Shown one piece after another: positions 47,139 through 56,735 of a stretch of 56,887 nt of DNA. The stretch is from positions 1 to 56,887 of the forward strand of contig JBIPNL010000001.1 of assembly GCA_044373255.1 (NCBI GenBank), read 5' to 3'. The notes under the pieces were generated by a model. That model did no database searches. It was not told the origin of the DNA and saw nothing but the letters and a program-made list of their open reading frames with translations. Numbering within the stretch: the stretch's first letter is position 1; every line of letters starts with the position of its first letter. The position numbers and the translations under genes were made by a program. The DNA is from Candidatus Planktophila sp. (GTDB lineage Bacteria > Actinomycetota > Actinomycetes > Nanopelagicales > Nanopelagicaceae).

Positions 47139-47660
47139 ATGACAATTACCGTTGCGCGTCTCCTTCGCCACATGGCATGGGCAAACCAAGCCACAATCGC
47201 CCACTTGCAGACCCTCCCCGTTGAGAGCCTTAAGGCGTATGCCACAAATCCTGAGTGGTTTGTCGCTGAGATTGCTCATCACATTGTTGATTCGGCAGAT
47301 CACTACGCATACGAGATAACAGGGAAGCCAGCGCTTACACAGCCAGGAGATCCATGCATCGCAGATGTTGAAAAGATCAGCGATCTTGCGCGACTTGCAG
47401 AGCAGGCAGCAATCGCTGATGCACATTTGATTAGCGCAGCCGACCTCGATGATGTCTGGTTAGATCTGGAAAGTGACGGCCGCAAATTCCAGAGATTGCG
47501 CTCAACAGTTCTCTCGCAAGCGATTCACCATGCGACAGAACACCGCACGCACATTGCCAGCGCGCTAGAAGCTAAAGGCTTTGAACCAATTTTTCTTGAT
47601 GATATTTCGCTCTGGGATTACGAGGTTTACGAGACGGCTAACGGTTTAAGAGATAAGTGA
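47139..47660 (+). CDS. DinB family protein
   Basis: HMAWAN, HIV, HATEHRTHI metal-binding His pattern; TAAGAT-N6-ATG. Confidence 0.85.
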   Translation: MTITVARLLRHMAWANQATIAHLQTLPVESLKAYATNPEWFVAEIAHHIVDSADHYAYEITGKPALTQPGDPCIADVEKISDLARLAEQAAIADAHLISAADLDDVWLDLESDGRKFQRLRSTVLSQAIHHATEHRTHIASALEAKGFEPIFLDDISLWDYEVYETANGLRDK

Positions 47661-47756
47661 AAATTAGATCTGTAAATGCCTGCGAGATAAGTAAAAGTCA
47701 GACCTAAAGCTGCCTGCGAGATAAATGAGAGTTACGATGCCTTATTTTCGCGAGAT
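47650..47756. repeat. Degenerate 34-bp tandem repeat
   Basis: GAGAT recurs at 47650, 47684, 47718, 47752; first two units share gagataagt...tgcctgc. Confidence 0.65.
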
Positions 47757-48115
47757 GCAATTGTTAAGACCATAAACAATGTTGCTACCGCAAGAACTCC
47801 AATCGGGATCGCCAAGTAATACGCTGATCCTTCTACTTGGTATTTAACAACTCCGAGAGCAATGAGATTTGCAAGAACTGCAGGTGCTTTACCGTAATTC
47901 TTTCCGGCGCGATATCCGCGTCCACATTGAATCAACCCGAATCCACCCAAAATACAAAACAGTACAACTCCAAGTAAAGGGAGAATTTCTCGGTTCTCAT
48001 GGGTGAATCCAAGAATTACCAACCAAACACCTAGCGCTAGCACTACGCCGCCTTCAATGAAGAGCAGGGTTGCTGCGATTGATCGCCTGTCGGAGCTTGG
48101 AGAAGGTGTGCTCAT
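47732..48115 (-). CDS. Four-TM membrane protein
   Basis: Four hydrophobic segments; TAACCT-N7-ATG. Confidence 0.75.
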   Translation of the reverse strand: MSTPSPSSDRRSIAATLLFIEGGVVLALGVWLVILGFTHENREILPLLGVVLFCILGGFGLIQCGRGYRAGKNYGKAPAVLANLIALGVVKYQVEGSAYYLAIPIGVLAVATLFMVLTIASRENKAS

Positions 48116-48159
48116 GAACTCAAGGTTAGCGCTTAGGCCTTGTCACCGTCGGAATTCAA

Positions 48160-48603
48160 ATGAGTAGCAAGCCACAATATTCACATAATGGCGTACGGGA
48201 TGATTTGACGCATTGCACAGCACCGCCGCTTTTTTACGCTCATGTTGAACGGATGATCGCTGGAAGTATCCGCAGAGATTCACCCTTCTCCCTTATTGCC
48301 TTCACGCTTTTAGATGAAACTACAGATGAGGAAGTAATTGCACTTGCACATTCCATTGCTGTCTCGATGAGGCTAGAGGATCTCTGTGGACGGCTAGGGG
48401 TAAATCAATTTACCGTCGCACTTGCTGGCGATCTGCAGGCTGGCGCAGAGCTCTGCAAGCGCGTTCAGGAGAGTTTTCCTCATCTACTTTCGATGCAGGT
48501 GGCGCAATATGAAAGGGATGAAAGCTCACTCGATCTCTTCTATCGCCTCGATACATTGTATGAAAAGCAGATGGAATCAGATGGTGAAGCAAGAAAAGTT
48601 TAA
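48160..48603 (+). CDS. Stand-alone degenerate GGDEF-domain protein
   Basis: RDDLT (DxLT start), R..SPFSLI, RLEDLCGRLGVNQF in place of RxxD-x5-GGDEF, RLD..LY..K helix. Confidence 0.75.
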   Translation: MSSKPQYSHNGVRDDLTHCTAPPLFYAHVERMIAGSIRRDSPFSLIAFTLLDETTDEEVIALAHSIAVSMRLEDLCGRLGVNQFTVALAGDLQAGAELCKRVQESFPHLLSMQVAQYERDESSLDLFYRLDTLYEKQMESDGEARKV

Positions 48604-48651
48604 CGCGCGCCTCTAAAAGTTACCCACAGCTTGAGAATTCCGAAGATCTTC

Positions 48652-48672
48652 TGTCGGCTCGGAATCTACCTT
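48652..48672 (+). promoter_or_regulatory. Leaderless tadA promoter with upstream TGTCGG element
   Basis: TGTCGG-N9-TACCTT-N7-ATG(48680). Confidence 0.45.
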
Positions 48673-48679
48673 CCACCAC

Positions 48680-49759
48680 ATGGATACTCTTCAAGCAACC
48701 ACGATTCCAACTCGCGCAAGTGAGTATGTCTCCATTGAGATCAAAATAGAGAAAATGGATATCGACGTAACCTACGGACCTATCTCCGATTTGATGAAAG
48801 ATCCGACAGTTGAAGAGATTTGGATTAACTCACCAGAGCGCATATTTGTTGCCCGTGGTGGAAAAAGTGAATTAACAAACCTAGTTTTAACTTTCTCAGA
48901 TGTTAAGCAACTGGTAGATCGAATTCTTATGTGGAGCGGCCGTCGTATCGACCTTTCTTCACCATTTGTTGATGCACAACTCCCAGATGGAAGCCGCCTA
49001 CACGTTGTTATCCCTGAGATTACCGCCGAGCACTGGTGCATCAATATTCGAAAGCATCTGCATCGTTCTCTGGGACTAGTGGAGTTGGCTAGTCGAGGAA
49101 TGATGACACCAGAGATTTCTTCACTTTTATCCCGTTGCGTGAAAACGGGGATGAACATTCTTGTTTCAGGAGGAACACAATCTGGCAAAACAACACTGCT
49201 CAATGCACTGGTTTCGCAATCACCGGTGCAGGAACGTGTAATAACCATCGAAGAAGTATTTGAACTTAAGCCTCAACTTCCTGATGTTGTTGCGATGCAG
49301 GTCCGTACTCCGAATCTCCAAGGTGATGGAGAGATACCTATGCGCAGATTAATTAAGGAAGCGCTACGTATGAGGCCTTCACGAATCATCGTGGGTGAGG
49401 TACGCGAAGCCGAAGCTCTTGATCTTCTGATCGCTTTGAATTCAGGATTGCCGGGTATGGGTACGATCCATGCTAACTCGACAAAAGATGCAATTATTAA
49501 ATTACAAACTTTGCCACTTTTGGCAGGTGAGAACATTTCACATAAATTCATCGCCCCAACAGTTGCCTCTGCACTTGACCTTATTGTGCAAGTAAAGCTC
49601 GATAGCAATGGCAAACGTCGCATCGATGAAGTTTCCTGGGTTACCGGTCGATTTGAAAGTGATCGAGCGGAAATTGAGTCACTGTGGAAATGGAATGGAA
49701 GCCAGTACATACGCGGAATCGCCACCGATTTCCCACTAGAGAACTGGTGGTACGAATAA
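48680..49759 (+). CDS. tadA: Tad pilus assembly ATPase CpaF/TadA
   Basis: DP.VEEIWIN, PFVDAQLPDGSRLH, GGTQSGKTT, TIEE, LRMRPSRIIVGEVR, GTIHAN. Confidence 0.93.
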   Translation: MDTLQATTIPTRASEYVSIEIKIEKMDIDVTYGPISDLMKDPTVEEIWINSPERIFVARGGKSELTNLVLTFSDVKQLVDRILMWSGRRIDLSSPFVDAQLPDGSRLHVVIPEITAEHWCINIRKHLHRSLGLVELASRGMMTPEISSLLSRCVKTGMNILVSGGTQSGKTTLLNALVSQSPVQERVITIEEVFELKPQLPDVVAMQVRTPNLQGDGEIPMRRLIKEALRMRPSRIIVGEVREAEALDLLIALNSGLPGMGTIHANSTKDAIIKLQTLPLLAGENISHKFIAPTVASALDLIVQVKLDSNGKRRIDEVSWVTGRFESDRAEIESLWKWNGSQYIRGIATDFPLENWWYE

Positions 49760-50481
49760 TGAAAAGAATCAGGAGAGGTGCTCCTTTCATCGCTGCGGGC
49801 TCGATCACATTCCTTGCTATCTATCTCGTTACCGCATCAACACTTTTCGCATCCGCATTTTCGCTTCTGGTCCTAGCCTTCACATATGTGATCATCAAAA
49901 ATAGAAGTGGAAAGCTAGATTTAGAAATCGCGTCATCCTGGCCGGAAGTAATTGACCATCTGATATCAGGAATCCAATCAGGAATGTCACTCACGGAAGC
50001 ATTGACCGAGTTGTCCGTTCGAGGTCCACTCGTGATGCGACCACTTTTTGCAAGCTTTAAGAGCCAAATCTTAGAAGATGGTGACTTTGATCGCGCACTT
50101 TCGCACCTCTCTGAAAAATTCGGAAGCCATGCCAGCGATCAAATTTTTGAAGCGCTTCTCATCTCCAAGTCTCTAGGCGGCAGCCAGCTGCTGACAATCT
50201 TGAGAACACTTGGTAACTTCTTGCGTCAAGACTTGGCTCTGCGGAATGAGATTTCTGTCAAGCAATCGTGGATTAAGAATTCAGCACACCTTTCATCAGC
50301 AGCTCCATGGTTACTCTTACTTCTTTTGGCAATGCAACCAACAACGGTCGCAGCGTTTACAACTCCGACCGGCGCAGGAATTCTCTTTCTTGGATTAGCA
50401 CTTACAGCGCTGGCCTACATTTGGATGTCTTACCTCAGTCGTCTTCCATCGGTTCCACGAGTTTTTGGTAAGTCACGATGA
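49759..50481 (+). CDS. tadB: Tad pilus protein TadB (T2SSF domain)
   Basis: WPEVIDHL.SGI.SGMSL.EAL; GG.QL..IL; start ATG 49759 coupled to tadA stop. Confidence 0.85.
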   Translation: MKRIRRGAPFIAAGSITFLAIYLVTASTLFASAFSLLVLAFTYVIIKNRSGKLDLEIASSWPEVIDHLISGIQSGMSLTEALTELSVRGPLVMRPLFASFKSQILEDGDFDRALSHLSEKFGSHASDQIFEALLISKSLGGSQLLTILRTLGNFLRQDLALRNEISVKQSWIKNSAHLSSAAPWLLLLLLAMQPTTVAAFTTPTGAGILFLGLALTALAYIWMSYLSRLPSVPRVFGKSR

Positions 50482-51269
50482 ATCCGATACTGATCTCACT
50501 TCCCCTATCCCTTCTTGCCGTCTCCTTAATTATTTTTAGTGATAGTCCTGCTAATGAATTACGAGCGTTTGCAGGGAGAACGAGAGATCGTTCATTGGTA
50601 AAGACTCGTCTGGCAGAGCTTGGGCGTCAGACTCAGAGTGAATACGAAGAATTTCGATACCTACAACTTCTTTATAGTGGAATTGTCTCTCTTGTCACGC
50701 TCGTTCTTTGCTTACTAGTACGATCTTCAATTCCTGTGATGGCCCTGTTACTAGTGGTTGCAGCAATAGCTACATATCTTTACATGGATCGGCAGTTAAC
50801 TTCAGAGGTAAGGAAACAAAGAAGTGCGATCGAGGCAGAGTTTCCTGCGATCATTGAAATGTTGACACTAGCAATCTCTGCTGGTGAATCTCCGCTGACT
50901 GCGCTCAAGAGAATTGCAGAGAACTCTCACGGCAACCTCAGCATTCGCTTCCGGCAAGTGATTTCCAAAGTGCATCAGGGTATTTCTTTCCATGCAGCAC
51001 TTGATCTCATGGGGCGGGATCTGAACTCACCGCTGGTCCGTCGATTCATTGATTCGTTGGTCAATGCCATGGTGCGCGGAGCTCCTATCACCGAAGTTCT
51101 CACGCGCCATGCCCAAGAAGCACGCGAGCATCAACGTAATCGGATCCTCGCCGCCGCAGGCAAGGCAGAGATTTCAATGATGATTCCAGTGGTCTTTCTA
51201 ATTCTGCCAATCTCAATTCTCTTCGCTATCTGGCCATCACTGACAAATCTGAATTTATTTGCTGCATAG
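50478..51269 (+). CDS. tadC: Tad pilus protein TadC (T2SSF domain)
   Basis: EFP.IIEML.LAISAGE, RGAPI.EVL, AGK.EI.MMIPVVFLILP. Confidence 0.87.
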   Translation: MNPILISLPLSLLAVSLIIFSDSPANELRAFAGRTRDRSLVKTRLAELGRQTQSEYEEFRYLQLLYSGIVSLVTLVLCLLVRSSIPVMALLLVVAAIATYLYMDRQLTSEVRKQRSAIEAEFPAIIEMLTLAISAGESPLTALKRIAENSHGNLSIRFRQVISKVHQGISFHAALDLMGRDLNSPLVRRFIDSLVNAMVRGAPITEVLTRHAQEAREHQRNRILAAAGKAEISMMIPVVFLILPISILFAIWPSLTNLNLFAA

Positions 51270-51338
51270 CAAAGCCGTCATCACATTCTAAAAAGATCCG
51301 AAACAACGTTAAACCCCAACGCATAGAGAGAAGAAAAA

Positions 51339-51695
51339 ATGGAAACACAGTCTCCAACCGAAACACAGTCTCCAACCGAAACACAGTCTCCAACCGAAAC
51401 ACAGTCTCCAACCGAAACACAGTCTCCAACGGGCACGGAGGCGCTAGTTGTATCCCTTAAGGAAAGCGGTCTCGCAGCTGGGATATGGATAGAGGATCAA
51501 GCCCGTTCAGTGACCACAGCTATACGCGAAAGCTCGTTCATCAAAGCGCTCAACGATGACCGCGGAGATGTTCCTGGATGGGTGCTTGTTGTACTTATGA
51601 CTACAGGACTCGTCACTGCAATTTGGACTGTTGCTGCTCCTCGACTATCGGCAATCCTAAAGAACTCACTTGATGCGATGAATGGAATTCGCTGA
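51339..51695 (+). CDS. Flp-type major pilin precursor with repeat-expanded leader
   Basis: DDRG|DVPGWVLVVLMTTGLV hydrophobic helix typical of actinobacterial Flp pilins; position after tadC. Confidence 0.8.
   Translation: METQSPTETQSPTETQSPTETQSPTETQSPTGTEALVVSLKESGLAAGIWIEDQARSVTTAIRESSFIKALNDDRGDVPGWVLVVLMTTGLVTAIWTVAAPRLSAILKNSLDAMNGIR
51342..51431 (+). repeat. 18-bp tandem repeat x5 encoding (ETQSPT)5
   Basis: gaaacacagtctccaacc x4 plus gaaacacagtctccaacg. Confidence 0.97.
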
Positions 51696-52052
51696 GTGAA
51701 AATTTCAAAGATCATTGCTGACGAACGGGGCAATGTAGAGAGTTCGCTCACCTTAATCCCGCTCATCTTCCTCTTTCTTCTTGCCATGCAGTTAATTCTT
51801 GCCATGAGCATGCGCGATGCTGATTCACTTTCAGCATCTGATCAGGCTTCTGTGCGCGCAATCTCTGGCACCTTCTCATCTTCCGATCGAGAACTCATAT
51901 TGGATTCGCCGGATCGTTTCTCAAACATTTCACTACTCATATCAACCCAATCACGAAGAATTCCGCAACTTATCCCCGGCCTATCGCAACTCCTAGGAAG
52001 AGAGCTCCGTACTGATGGAAAAGGGGTAGCGATCATTGAAAACACGCGATAG
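51696..52052 (+). CDS. TadE-like minor pilin
   Basis: DERG|NVESSLTLIPLIFL prepilin motif. Confidence 0.8.
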   Translation: MKISKIIADERGNVESSLTLIPLIFLFLLAMQLILAMSMRDADSLSASDQASVRAISGTFSSSDRELILDSPDRFSNISLLISTQSRRIPQLIPGLSQLLGRELRTDGKGVAIIENTR

Positions 52053-52500
52053 ACAGGGGAGTCGATTTCTCTCTTCCCGCATGCCTCGGCTTGCAAGAAA
52101 CATCAAGGATGAAAGAGGGAGCGCATCAGTTGAATTCGTCCTTCTTGCTTTACCACTATTCATTCCTATATTCATTTTTCTCAATCAGTTTTCAACACTA
52201 AGTTCACAAGAGATGGCTCTGCAAACGCTCGCGCGTGAGAGCGTGCGAGCTTTTATCGAAAGCAATAATGATCAATCCGGCGGAGCACTGGTAAATCAAG
52301 TAATTACCCTAGGCGGAGCGAAACTCGGCCTAAAGCCAGAAGAGATTTCAGAGATCAACTCTGAGATTAAATGCAGCACTCGTCCCTGTCATCTTCCAAA
52401 TGGAAGAGTTCGGATCACATTAACTATGGATGCAATTGGAAACGATGGAAGATCAGTTCAAGCATCGGCACAACAGTACTTTTCGCCATGGAGTCAATAA
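52036..52500 (+). CDS. TadE-like minor pilin
   Basis: DERG|SASVEFVLLALPL; C-x4-C; start may be ATG 52081. Confidence 0.82.
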   Translation: MKTRDRQGSRFLSSRMPRLARNIKDERGSASVEFVLLALPLFIPIFIFLNQFSTLSSQEMALQTLARESVRAFIESNNDQSGGALVNQVITLGGAKLGLKPEEISEINSEIKCSTRPCHLPNGRVRITLTMDAIGNDGRSVQASAQQYFSPWSQ

Positions 52501-53057
52501 TGCGAAAAAGAGTCCAGCGATTCTTTCATTTAATGCGTGATGATCGTGGGTCAATCTCAGTTCTAACAATTGCCTTATTTCTGATCACAGTTTGTCTAGT
52601 AATGATTACAACAAACATCACTACCGTCACAGTCGCCAAACGAAATCTTACGCAAAGTGCTGAATCCGTCGCACAACGAGGGGCTCATTTTCTAGACGAG
52701 GAGGCTTACTACACAGGTAAGTTCAATGTTATTACCATGGCTCAAAACCTCTTTGGTGGCGGCCCACAGGATCCAGGAGTTCCAATTGATTGCGATAAAG
52801 CCATGGTTGGAATATCTGAGGCACTCAGTGATCTTGATAGAGAAAGTGAACTTCTCATTCAGAAAGGTGTAAGCAACCTAGAAGTTTCGGGGATCGCTTG
52901 TGATGGGAGAGATATAAAGGTTTCCCTCAAAGCGATGATGAGTCTGCCGTTTCAACTTCCTTTTCTCAATGTGAGTAGCGTGAAATTGGAATCCTCAGCC
53001 ACTACCTACAATCAGCGCAATAACGGCTTTTACCTCTTTGGATATCGCATCTCCTAG
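52500..53057 (+). CDS. TadG-like minor pilin
   Basis: DDRG|SISVLTIALF; ATG 52500 coupled to the upstream stop. Confidence 0.78.
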   Translation: MRKRVQRFFHLMRDDRGSISVLTIALFLITVCLVMITTNITTVTVAKRNLTQSAESVAQRGAHFLDEEAYYTGKFNVITMAQNLFGGGPQDPGVPIDCDKAMVGISEALSDLDRESELLIQKGVSNLEVSGIACDGRDIKVSLKAMMSLPFQLPFLNVSSVKLESSATTYNQRNNGFYLFGYRIS

Positions 53058-53106
53058 GCCTCCCGCGAGAAAGAATCCATTCAATTAAAGTCGGTATCCT
53101 TAGTGC

Positions 53107-54213
53107 ATGGCTCGCGAATATCACCTAGAGATATCTGCAATTGACGCGACCCTTGTTTCAATCGAGAAAGTACTTGATCTTCCCAAGCTTGAAAGTGAAG
53201 CGATTGAATTGGAAGCACAGGCAGGCGTCCCTAACCTTTGGGATGATCCGGCAAAAGCCCAGGCGGTTACAAGCAAACTCTCTCGCGTTCAATCAACAAT
53301 TGCGCGACTGAAATCTCTGCGGCGCCGCGTTGAAGATTTACCGGTTCTCTTCGAGTTAGCCGCAGATGAACCCGATGGTTCTGGACTCCGTGATGCCGAG
53401 CTTGAATTAGATGCAACTGTAAAAGCAATTAGCGAACTTGAAGTCACAACACTTCTCAACGGTGAATATGACGACCGCGATGCACTCATCACAATTCGCT
53501 CTGAGGCTGGCGGGGTAGAGGCTGCTGATTGGGCTGAAATGCTGATGCGAATGTATCTTCGATATTGTGAACGCCACGAATTCAAAGTTGATGTGTTAGA
53601 AACTTCGTACGCGGAAGAGGCGGGAATTAAATCAACAACGTTCCGAGTGAGCGCGCCGTATGCATACGGAACTATCTCTGTTGAGCAGGGAACGCATCGC
53701 TTAGTACGTATTTCTCCCTTTGATTCGCAATCACGCAGACACACCTCTTTTGCAGGCGTTGAGGTTGTTCCCGTTGTGGAACAGAGCGATGACATTGAAA
53801 TTGATGAGAAAGAGATCAGAGTCGATGTGTATCGCTCATCTGGCCCAGGAGGTCAAGGAGTAAACACAACAGATTCAGCTGTGCGCCTTACACATATCCC
53901 AACAGGAATTGTTGTTTCATGTCAGAACGAGCGTTCACAAATTCAGAATAAAGCTACCGCGATGGCAGTCCTTCAATCGAAATTATTGGAACGTCGCCGC
54001 CAAGAAGAGCAAGCAAAGATTAATGCGCTGAAAGGCGATAACTCTGGCTCATGGGGAAATCAGATGCGCTCCTACGTTTTGGCTCCTTATCAAATGGTGA
54101 AAGATCTCCGAAACAATCACGAAACAGGGAACACGTCAGCAGTTCTCAATGGTGAAATTGATGATTTCATTGAAGCCGGTATTCGCTGGCGTCGCTCTCA
54201 AGCAATGCAATAA
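53107..54213 (+). CDS. prfB: Peptide chain release factor 2
   Basis: SPF and GGQ motifs, WGNQMRSYV; continuous ORF with no programmed frameshift. Confidence 0.98.
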   Translation: MAREYHLEISAIDATLVSIEKVLDLPKLESEAIELEAQAGVPNLWDDPAKAQAVTSKLSRVQSTIARLKSLRRRVEDLPVLFELAADEPDGSGLRDAELELDATVKAISELEVTTLLNGEYDDRDALITIRSEAGGVEAADWAEMLMRMYLRYCERHEFKVDVLETSYAEEAGIKSTTFRVSAPYAYGTISVEQGTHRLVRISPFDSQSRRHTSFAGVEVVPVVEQSDDIEIDEKEIRVDVYRSSGPGGQGVNTTDSAVRLTHIPTGIVVSCQNERSQIQNKATAMAVLQSKLLERRRQEEQAKINALKGDNSGSWGNQMRSYVLAPYQMVKDLRNNHETGNTSAVLNGEIDDFIEAGIRWRRSQAMQ

Positions 54214-54404
54214 ACCTCACACTCATTTCATGCCTCAAACTGGACTCAATTTCTATCTAAAGTCGGGTCGATCTGCGCTCAAATCCCGCAGAGTTCATCC
54301 TTGTTCCATAAACTAGGCACAGTACGGAGAACTCGGAGCACACAGCTCTGGATCCCAAAAGTCGGGCCTAGAGCCTGGCTGATCGAAGGTAAAGGGAGAA
54401 GCAG

Positions 54405-55094
54405 ATGATTCGCTTTGAGAACGTGACTAAGACCTATCCGGGTCAAGAGCGTCCTGCCCTCGATTCAGTCAACCTTGAAATAGTTAAAGGTGAATTCGTC
54501 TTCCTTGTTGGAGCATCGGGTTCAGGTAAATCAACATTCCTTCGGTTAATTCTTCGCGAAGAGAAACCAACAACAGGTGTCATTCACGTAGCCGGTAAAG
54601 ACCTAGGCAAGCTTTCAAATCATAAGATTCCTGAACTTCGTCGACAACTCGGAACTGTCTTTCAAGATTTTAGACTTCTTCCAAATAAGACAATTACTGA
54701 AAATATTGCCTTTGCTCTGCATGTGCTTGGATACTCAAAGAAAGAGATCAATCGCGAAGTTCCTGAAGTACTTGAGTTGATTGGCTTAGAAGATAAAGGC
54801 GATCGACTTCCAAACCAGCTCTCAGGTGGCGAGCAGCAGCGCGTAGCTATCGCACGTGCTTACGTAACTAAACCGGCAATTATTATTGCCGATGAGCCAA
54901 CCGGAAACCTTGACCCCGCACTATCTGTTGGAATTATGAAGCTACTCGATCGAATTAATCGTGAGGGTACAACTGTTTTGATGGCGACACACGATTCAGG
55001 AATTGTTGATCAAATGCGTAAGCGCGTAATCGAACTTGATGGTGGTCATGTGATTCGCGATCAGGTACGTGGCGTTTATGGATATACCGGGTAA
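54405..55094 (+). CDS. ftsE: Cell division ATP-binding protein FtsE
   Basis: [40 protein letters not shown]. Confidence 0.97.
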   Translation: MIRFENVTKTYPGQERPALDSVNLEIVKGEFVFLVGASGSGKSTFLRLILREEKPTTGVIHVAGKDLGKLSNHKIPELRRQLGTVFQDFRLLPNKTITENIAFALHVLGYSKKEINREVPEVLELIGLEDKGDRLPNQLSGGEQQRVAIARAYVTKPAIIIADEPTGNLDPALSVGIMKLLDRINREGTTVLMATHDSGIVDQMRKRVIELDGGHVIRDQVRGVYGYTG

Positions 55095-55115
55095 CGGTTA
55101 GGGAAAGAGGAGAAG

Positions 55116-56018
55116 ATGCGCGCAGGATTTTTGCTCAGCGAAGTTCGAATTGGACTTCGTCGCAACCTAACGATGACCTTTGCCGTTGTTGTCACAACAG
55201 CTATCTCACTCTCTCTACTTGGCATCGGACTTCTCTCTAACGCCCAGGTCAATGCCATGAAAGATTATTGGTATGACAAGATCGAAGTCTCGGTATTTCT
55301 CTGTGGTCCGTTATCAGAATCAGCATCGTGTTCGGGTGGAGTAGTAACTGATGAGCAACGCACTGCAATCAAGGCAGACCTAGAGCTCTTGCCAGTTGTC
55401 CAGAGTGTTTTCTACGAGAGTCAGACCGAAGCATTTTCTCGCTTTCAAGAACGATTTAAGGATTCTGCTATTGCGCAGAATGTGAGCGCGGATCAACTTC
55501 CAGAATCATTTCGAGTAAAGCTAGATGATCCAACCCAGTTTGCCGTGGTCGTTTCAGCGTTCTCAGGGCGTCCAGGTGTTGATGTAGTTCAAGACCAGCG
55601 GACAATTCTTGAGAAGTTCTTTAAATTATTAGAAGTCTTACGTAACGGCGCAATTGCCGTTGGGTTGGCATCGGTACTTACTGCAGCGCTACTGATTTCA
55701 AATACGTTGCGAATCGCGGCATTTAACCGTCGTCGTGAAACAGGAGTGATGAAACTCGTCGGAGCTTCCTCATTCTCAATTCAATTACCGTTTCTCTTAG
55801 AAGGAGTAATCTCGGCAATTATTGGCTGGGGGCTTGCAACTGGTTTGCTTGCAGGACTCAAACAGGTTATCGACACCAACGTCGCACCGCTGCTTACCTT
55901 TACTAAATTCTTCGGATGGAATGAAGTGTGGGTATCGTCTGCATGGCTATTACTTACAGGACTTGTGGTCTCAACCTTCGCATCTCTCTTAACTCTTCGC
56001 CGTTACCTCAAGGTCTAG
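55116..56018 (+). CDS. ftsX: Cell division permease-like protein FtsX
   Basis: GLRRNLTMT, NT.R.AAF.RRRETGVMKLVGAS, PFLLEG, LRRYLKV. Confidence 0.96.
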   Translation: MRAGFLLSEVRIGLRRNLTMTFAVVVTTAISLSLLGIGLLSNAQVNAMKDYWYDKIEVSVFLCGPLSESASCSGGVVTDEQRTAIKADLELLPVVQSVFYESQTEAFSRFQERFKDSAIAQNVSADQLPESFRVKLDDPTQFAVVVSAFSGRPGVDVVQDQRTILEKFFKLLEVLRNGAIAVGLASVLTAALLISNTLRIAAFNRRRETGVMKLVGASSFSIQLPFLLEGVISAIIGWGLATGLLAGLKQVIDTNVAPLLTFTKFFGWNEVWVSSAWLLLTGLVVSTFASLLTLRRYLKV

Positions 56019-56048
56019 GGTTCAGGTTCTAGGGTCTCGAGTAGCGCG

Positions 56049-56528
56049 ATGGTTAAAGAAGTTGGTAGAAAACTCATCGCCCAGAATAAGAAGGCGCGCC
56101 ACGATTACTCGATCGAAGATGTTTATGAATGCGGAATCGTTCTCACTGGCACCGAAGTAAAGTCATTGCGCGCTGGCCGTGCATCGCTCATTGATGGATA
56201 TGCCCATGTGAATAATGGTGAACTCTGGTTGAGTGGTGTTCATATCCCGGAGTACACAGAAGGAACGTGGAATAACCACACGCCTCGACGTGAGCGCAAG
56301 TTGTTGGTGCATTTAGATGAGTTACGCAAACTTCATGCACTTACCAAAGAAGGTGGGCTGACCCTTATTCCTTTGCAGCTCTACTTTAAAGATGGCAAGG
56401 CCAAGATTGAGATTGCACTTGCTCGAGGAAAGAAATCTCACGATAAGCGAGCAGCTCTTAAAGAGCGCCAAGATTCGCGTGAAGTTGAGCGAGAAATTTC
56501 TAGGCGCAAATCAGGGCGCGACTCTTAA
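56049..56528 (+). CDS. smpB: SsrA-binding protein
   Basis: [29 protein letters not shown]. Confidence 0.98.
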   Translation: MVKEVGRKLIAQNKKARHDYSIEDVYECGIVLTGTEVKSLRAGRASLIDGYAHVNNGELWLSGVHIPEYTEGTWNNHTPRRERKLLVHLDELRKLHALTKEGGLTLIPLQLYFKDGKAKIEIALARGKKSHDKRAALKERQDSREVEREISRRKSGRDS

Positions 56529-56735
56529 TCCTCACTACTTACCGCTCTCTTTCCACGCTTATTTCAATGCGCGAGAACGGGATTTTCGCGATGTCTGAAA
56601 CGTTCTATACACTTAGGGAACAACTACATAGTGGCAACGCATAACAGTCATAAACACAGGTTTGGCTCTGAAATTCACCCAAAGGTGGCTCTACGAGTTT
56701 TTCCACGTGCGCATGACAATGCTTTCCACACCCAT

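Noticed and set aside
47650-51431. CRISPR interpretation of the 34-bp and 18-bp repeats
   Set aside because: Direct tandem units without unique spacers, and no cas genes
53107-53250. Programmed +1 frameshift in prfB
   Set aside because: ORF is continuous; CTT GAA occurs in frame but there is no CTT-TGA shift site
56529-56735. Small ORF or permuted tmRNA piece between smpB and ssrA
   Set aside because: The 25-aa ORF has no SD, promoter or motif support; no T-arm/CCA segment precedes the tmRNA 5' end, so a standard one-piece tmRNA is the simpler reading
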